NCBI GenBank assembly: GCA_948466335.1
Contig: CAOKAE010000001.1
Span: 70,786-134,785 of the forward strand
From: an uncultured Coriobacteriia bacterium
Lineage (GTDB): Bacteria > Actinomycetota > Coriobacteriia > Coriobacteriales > QAMH01
Direction of reading: 5' to 3'
Length of the DNA stretch: 64,000 nt
Position 1 is the first letter of the stretch. Each line of letters begins with the position of its first letter. Below are positions 60,772-64,000 of the stretch, piece after piece. The notes beneath the pieces were generated by a model. It saw only the letters and a program-made list of their open reading frames with translations. It was not told the origin of the DNA and did no database searches. A program made the translations under genes and the position numbers.

Positions 60772-60816
60772 CACAATATTTTGTGTTTTGAGGGACTTTT
60801 GGCTCCATGTGTGGGG
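60772..60816. promoter_or_regulatory. tandem NrdR-like boxes upstream of gyrB
   Basis: cacaatattttgtg (60772-60785) and weaker ctccatgtgtgggg (60803-60816), starts 31 bp apart. Confidence 0.55.
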
Positions 60817-60885
60817 GTGACTACCACTGAAGGGCTTACAAGGGCTTAAATCGCCTATTTATTCGCGAAATAATGTCCTTCGACA

Positions 60886-61452
60886 TCACGCGCCGATTTT
60901 CTCGATTCCCTTCTGGAGTTCGAGGTTCGCCTTGGCGGCGGCGTAGGCGATGTCGCGGAGCTGATCGTTCTCTATGTGGGCAAAGGCCTCCTCGAGACCG
61001 GAGAGCTCGTCCTCGCTGAGAGCGATGGGCTGGACCTTGCGGTACTCCTCTTCCTCGGCTTCGAGGAGCTGCAGCGTGGTAAGGCGACGGTCGCGGGCGA
61101 CATACTGGTCCTTCGAAACCTTGAAGGTAAGCTTCTCGACCTGTTCGGCCTTTCTCACGGCACCGGGAGCGCCGGCTTCGTCATTGTTGAGCTCTATGTT
61201 GAGGTTGAGGCGCAGGAGCTCGGATTGCATGCTCAGCTCGGTCGCCCAGATCGAGCTGTCGACGTATACGATGACCTCGCTCGCGGCGGTGTTGGGAACG
61301 ACGAACACGGCAGTGACATGTTCCGCGATGCGCTTGTCCACGGACAGGTTCCAGGCCCTCTTCACACGAGCGCTTGCGGAAAGGTCCGGATTATCACGCT
61401 GGAGCGAACGTACGACTCCCTGAATCTCTGATCCCACGTCGTACCCTGTCAT
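60886..61452 (-). CDS. DUF721/DciA-like protein
   Basis: W...IAEHV...VYVDSSIWATEL; position between recF and gyrB. Confidence 0.75.
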   Translation of the reverse strand: MTGYDVGSEIQGVVRSLQRDNPDLSASARVKRAWNLSVDKRIAEHVTAVFVVPNTAASEVIVYVDSSIWATELSMQSELLRLNLNIELNNDEAGAPGAVRKAEQVEKLTFKVSKDQYVARDRRLTTLQLLEAEEEEYRKVQPIALSEDELSGLEEAFAHIENDQLRDIAYAAAKANLELQKGIEKIGA

Positions 61453-61543
61453 CACACACCCCCATGCAGCATTGAGTTTTCATTCAGGTGCTTTACGCAT
61501 AATACCACGTCATGTTCTGCCAGCAGCGCAGCGTTGTGTCAGC

Positions 61544-61606
61544 GCAACAAAGGGACGGTCCTAACGTCGCGCAAAAAGCGCGACGTTAGGACCGTCCCTT
61601 TGTTGC
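61544..61606. repeat. perfect 29-bp-stem inverted repeat (REPIN-like) downstream of recF
   Basis: gcaacaaagggacggtcctaacgtcgcgc-aaaaa-exact reverse complement. Confidence 0.85.
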
Positions 61607-61622
61607 TTTTCCGCGTTCTTTG

Positions 61623-62819
61623 TTAAATCGGACAGCTGTAGTCGTAGCGCGTGCCCTCGATAGGCACGCGCACGACGGTGGCGCGGTCGATGGTCTCGGC
61701 GGAGAAGTAGTCGAGGTTGGTCGTGGTGATGAAGGTCTGGGCGTTCTTCTCGATGAACGCCGTGAGGGCGTCGCGGTGCCTCTCGTCGAGTTCGGACATG
61801 ACGTCGTCGAGAAGGAGGACGGGTTCCGTCCCGACTATCTCGTTCACGAGCTCGACGGAGGCGAGCTTCATCACGAGCACGATGGTGCGCTGTTGTCCCT
61901 GGGAGGCGAAGAGCCGCGCGTTTCTTCCGTTGATGAAGAAAGCGATTTCGTCTTTGTGGGGGCCTATGAGGGATACGCCGCGGCGTAGTTCCACGTTGGC
62001 CAGCTCACGTGACTTCCCGATGAGCCTGTCCTGTATCTCTTCGAGCGTCAGCTCGGATGACGGGGGATTTGCATCCCCGTTTTGAAGAGGCTCCTCGATT
62101 GAGGGTACGTCCCCCCTCTGGCGGCCATCGGGGTCATGGCGGTCCCAGGAGGGAATGTAGCGGGCATGGAGGTGTTCGCCGGGGACGATATCACTATAGA
62201 TGGAAGTCATGTGGGAAAGGAGCCGGTCGAAGAGCCTCCACCGGGCAAGGCAAAGGCGCGCGCCGTGTACGGCGAGGGATTCATCCCAGGATTCGAAGAG
62301 CGCTCCCTCGTGGATGCCCTCCTTGATGAGGAGGTTTCGCTGCTTGAGCGCCTGCTGGTATTCGCTCTTGAGCGACGAGTAGTTCTTCGAGAGCTGCACG
62401 GCGAGGGCGTCGATGGCATCGCGTCTGCGCGTGGAGGACGCCTTGATGAGTTGAAGATCATCGGGGGTGAACAGCACGCAGGGAAGGACGCCGCGGATGG
62501 AGGACGGTGACTTCTTCTTGCCGTTGACCTCGTAGGAGCGCTCGTTTCCCGCCAACACGATGCGTTGCTCTATACGGCGCTTGTCCTCCTCGAGCCTGAT
62601 GAGGGCATGTCCCCGTTCCTGCCCCCAGGAGATGACCTCCGTCCACGATGGCTTGCGAAACGAGCTTCCCGCGGTCAGGAGCTGTATGGCCTCGACGATG
62701 TTGGTCTTTCCGACGGCGTTTGGTCCCACGACGATGACGAGATTGCCGAGGTCGTCGAGGGAGAGGCGATCGTATCCCCTAAAGTTGTCGAGGATGACGC
62801 TTTTGATCTTGAGGGTCAT
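61623..62819 (-). CDS. recF: DNA replication/repair protein RecF
   Basis: NFRGY, GPNAVGKTN, GPHKD, SQGQQR, LLLDDVMSELD. Confidence 0.95.
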   Translation of the reverse strand: MTLKIKSVILDNFRGYDRLSLDDLGNLVIVVGPNAVGKTNIVEAIQLLTAGSSFRKPSWTEVISWGQERGHALIRLEEDKRRIEQRIVLAGNERSYEVNGKKKSPSSIRGVLPCVLFTPDDLQLIKASSTRRRDAIDALAVQLSKNYSSLKSEYQQALKQRNLLIKEGIHEGALFESWDESLAVHGARLCLARWRLFDRLLSHMTSIYSDIVPGEHLHARYIPSWDRHDPDGRQRGDVPSIEEPLQNGDANPPSSELTLEEIQDRLIGKSRELANVELRRGVSLIGPHKDEIAFFINGRNARLFASQGQQRTIVLVMKLASVELVNEIVGTEPVLLLDDVMSELDERHRDALTAFIEKNAQTFITTTNLDYFSAETIDRATVVRVPIEGTRYDYSCPI

Positions 62820-62840
62820 CGCATGAAGGTATAGCGGCCG

Positions 62841-63941
62841 CTAGTTGAGGCGGACGGGCATGGCAAGGTAGAGGAAATCATCCTTGTCGACGTTCTTCAG
62901 GATTCCGGGCTTGAGGGAGGACTGCAGCTCGATGAGCACGTCTCCCTTGATCATGTTGAGTCCGTCGAGGATGTACTGGTGGTTGAACGCTATCTCCATG
63001 CTGGGGCCGTCGACTTCGGCGGAGACGACCTCGGATGCACCGCCGACATCGGCGGTGTTGGCGGAGATGGTGACGTTCTGGCTTTCGGCGGAGAACTGGA
63101 ACCTGATGGGCGTGTGCGATTGCGCGAGAATCGCGACGCGCTTGATGGAGGTGATGAGGGCTTGGGTGTCCATCTGGATGGATACCTCGTGGTCGGCGGG
63201 AATGAGCTGCTTGTAGTTGGGGTAGGTTCCCTCGATCTTGCGGCTCACGAAGATGGTCTCGCCGAAGGTGATGAGGACTTGGTTCTCGGAGAACCCGACC
63301 GAGACCGACTCGCTCGAGAGGGCGAGGCGGCAGACCTCGTCGAAGGTCTTGCCGGGGATGATTGCGGAGAAGTCGTTGACGTCGGAGTTCGGGACGGGAA
63401 TCTCGGCTACGGCGAGGCGGTAGGAATCCGTTGCGGCCAGTGTCACGACACCGTCTTTGACGGCAAAAAAGATGCCGGTCAGGATGATGCGCGACTCGTC
63501 GCGCGACACGGCCTTGCCCACGCAGCGCACGGCGTCGGCGAGTTCGGCCGGGGGAAGCACGATGGTCGTCGAGGGGTCAACCTGCGGGAAGTAGGGGAAG
63601 TCCGCGGGGTTGAGGGCGGAGAGGGTAAACGACGAGTCGAGGCAGGTGATGTGCGCCTGCTCGTCTGCGGTGCTGATCTCGATGGAGGCGTCGGGCAGGC
63701 TCTTCACGATATCAGCGAGAAGCTTGCCGGGGATGACGCAACGGCCGGGCTCGTCGATGTTCGCGTTGGTGGCGTGTTTGATGGATATCTCGAGGTCCGT
63801 CGTCTGGAACACGAGCTTTCCCTGGTCGGTGGTCTCGAGGAGAATGCCCGAGAGGATGGGAAGGGTCGATCGTGACGACATGCCCTTGGATACGGTGTTG
63901 ATGGCGCTCAGAAGGCCGTCTTTTGAGATTCTGAATTTCAC
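62841..63941 (-). CDS. dnaN: DNA polymerase III beta sliding clamp
   Basis: LPILSGIL, TDLEISI, ATDSYRL, GTYPNY, LAMPVR. Confidence 0.96.
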   Translation of the reverse strand: MKFRISKDGLLSAINTVSKGMSSRSTLPILSGILLETTDQGKLVFQTTDLEISIKHATNANIDEPGRCVIPGKLLADIVKSLPDASIEISTADEQAHITCLDSSFTLSALNPADFPYFPQVDPSTTIVLPPAELADAVRCVGKAVSRDESRIILTGIFFAVKDGVVTLAATDSYRLAVAEIPVPNSDVNDFSAIIPGKTFDEVCRLALSSESVSVGFSENQVLITFGETIFVSRKIEGTYPNYKQLIPADHEVSIQMDTQALITSIKRVAILAQSHTPIRFQFSAESQNVTISANTADVGGASEVVSAEVDGPSMEIAFNHQYILDGLNMIKGDVLIELQSSLKPGILKNVDKDDFLYLAMPVRLN

Positions 63942-63953
63942 GTTGTCGCTCCC

Positions 63954-64000
63954 CTATTATTACTAGTTCTTATTTATATATATCTAATAATCTTAATAAG
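63954..64000. other. AT-rich stretch upstream of dnaN, probable edge of oriC
   Basis: Very AT-rich in a high-GC genome; actinobacterial oriC lies between dnaA and dnaN; no DnaA boxes visible in the window. Confidence 0.45.

Overview
High-GC chromosomal window, probably from a Coriobacteriia (Eggerthellaceae-like) actinobacterium (inferred from gene content). It ends next to the probable replication origin (dnaN-recF-DUF721-gyrB-gyrA-tRNA-Ile-tRNA-Ala, minus strand). Most genes are housekeeping: serA, serC, ilvBN, hpf/raiA, rlmKL, pncB, holB, tmk, topA, comF, mtnA, tatA/C, hypAB, ahcY, modABC and feoAB. The main unexplained structure is a HUH/Y1 REP-associated tyrosine transposase (RAYT, 24218-24967) with a dispersed 35-bp palindrome family, AATGAGACA-N17-TGTCTCATT with a TGTCTGACCA core. 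There are about 20 intact and about 8 decayed copies. The copies form doublets with an exactly 20-bp linker, supply the TGA stop codon of 8 genes, and sit in frame inside rlmKL and comF. Other findings: a raiA-motif ncRNA (11439-11688); further REP-like families; four candidate DtxR-family boxes at feo genes; tandem NrdR-like boxes before gyrB; a Ser/Thr kinase-FHA island bounded by a shared 16-bp palindrome; a stand-alone adenylation/PLP-decarboxylase/carrier-protein trio; a Phd-RelE toxin-antitoxin pair; and two repeat-rich surface proteins. All calls come from reading the sequence; no searches were run.
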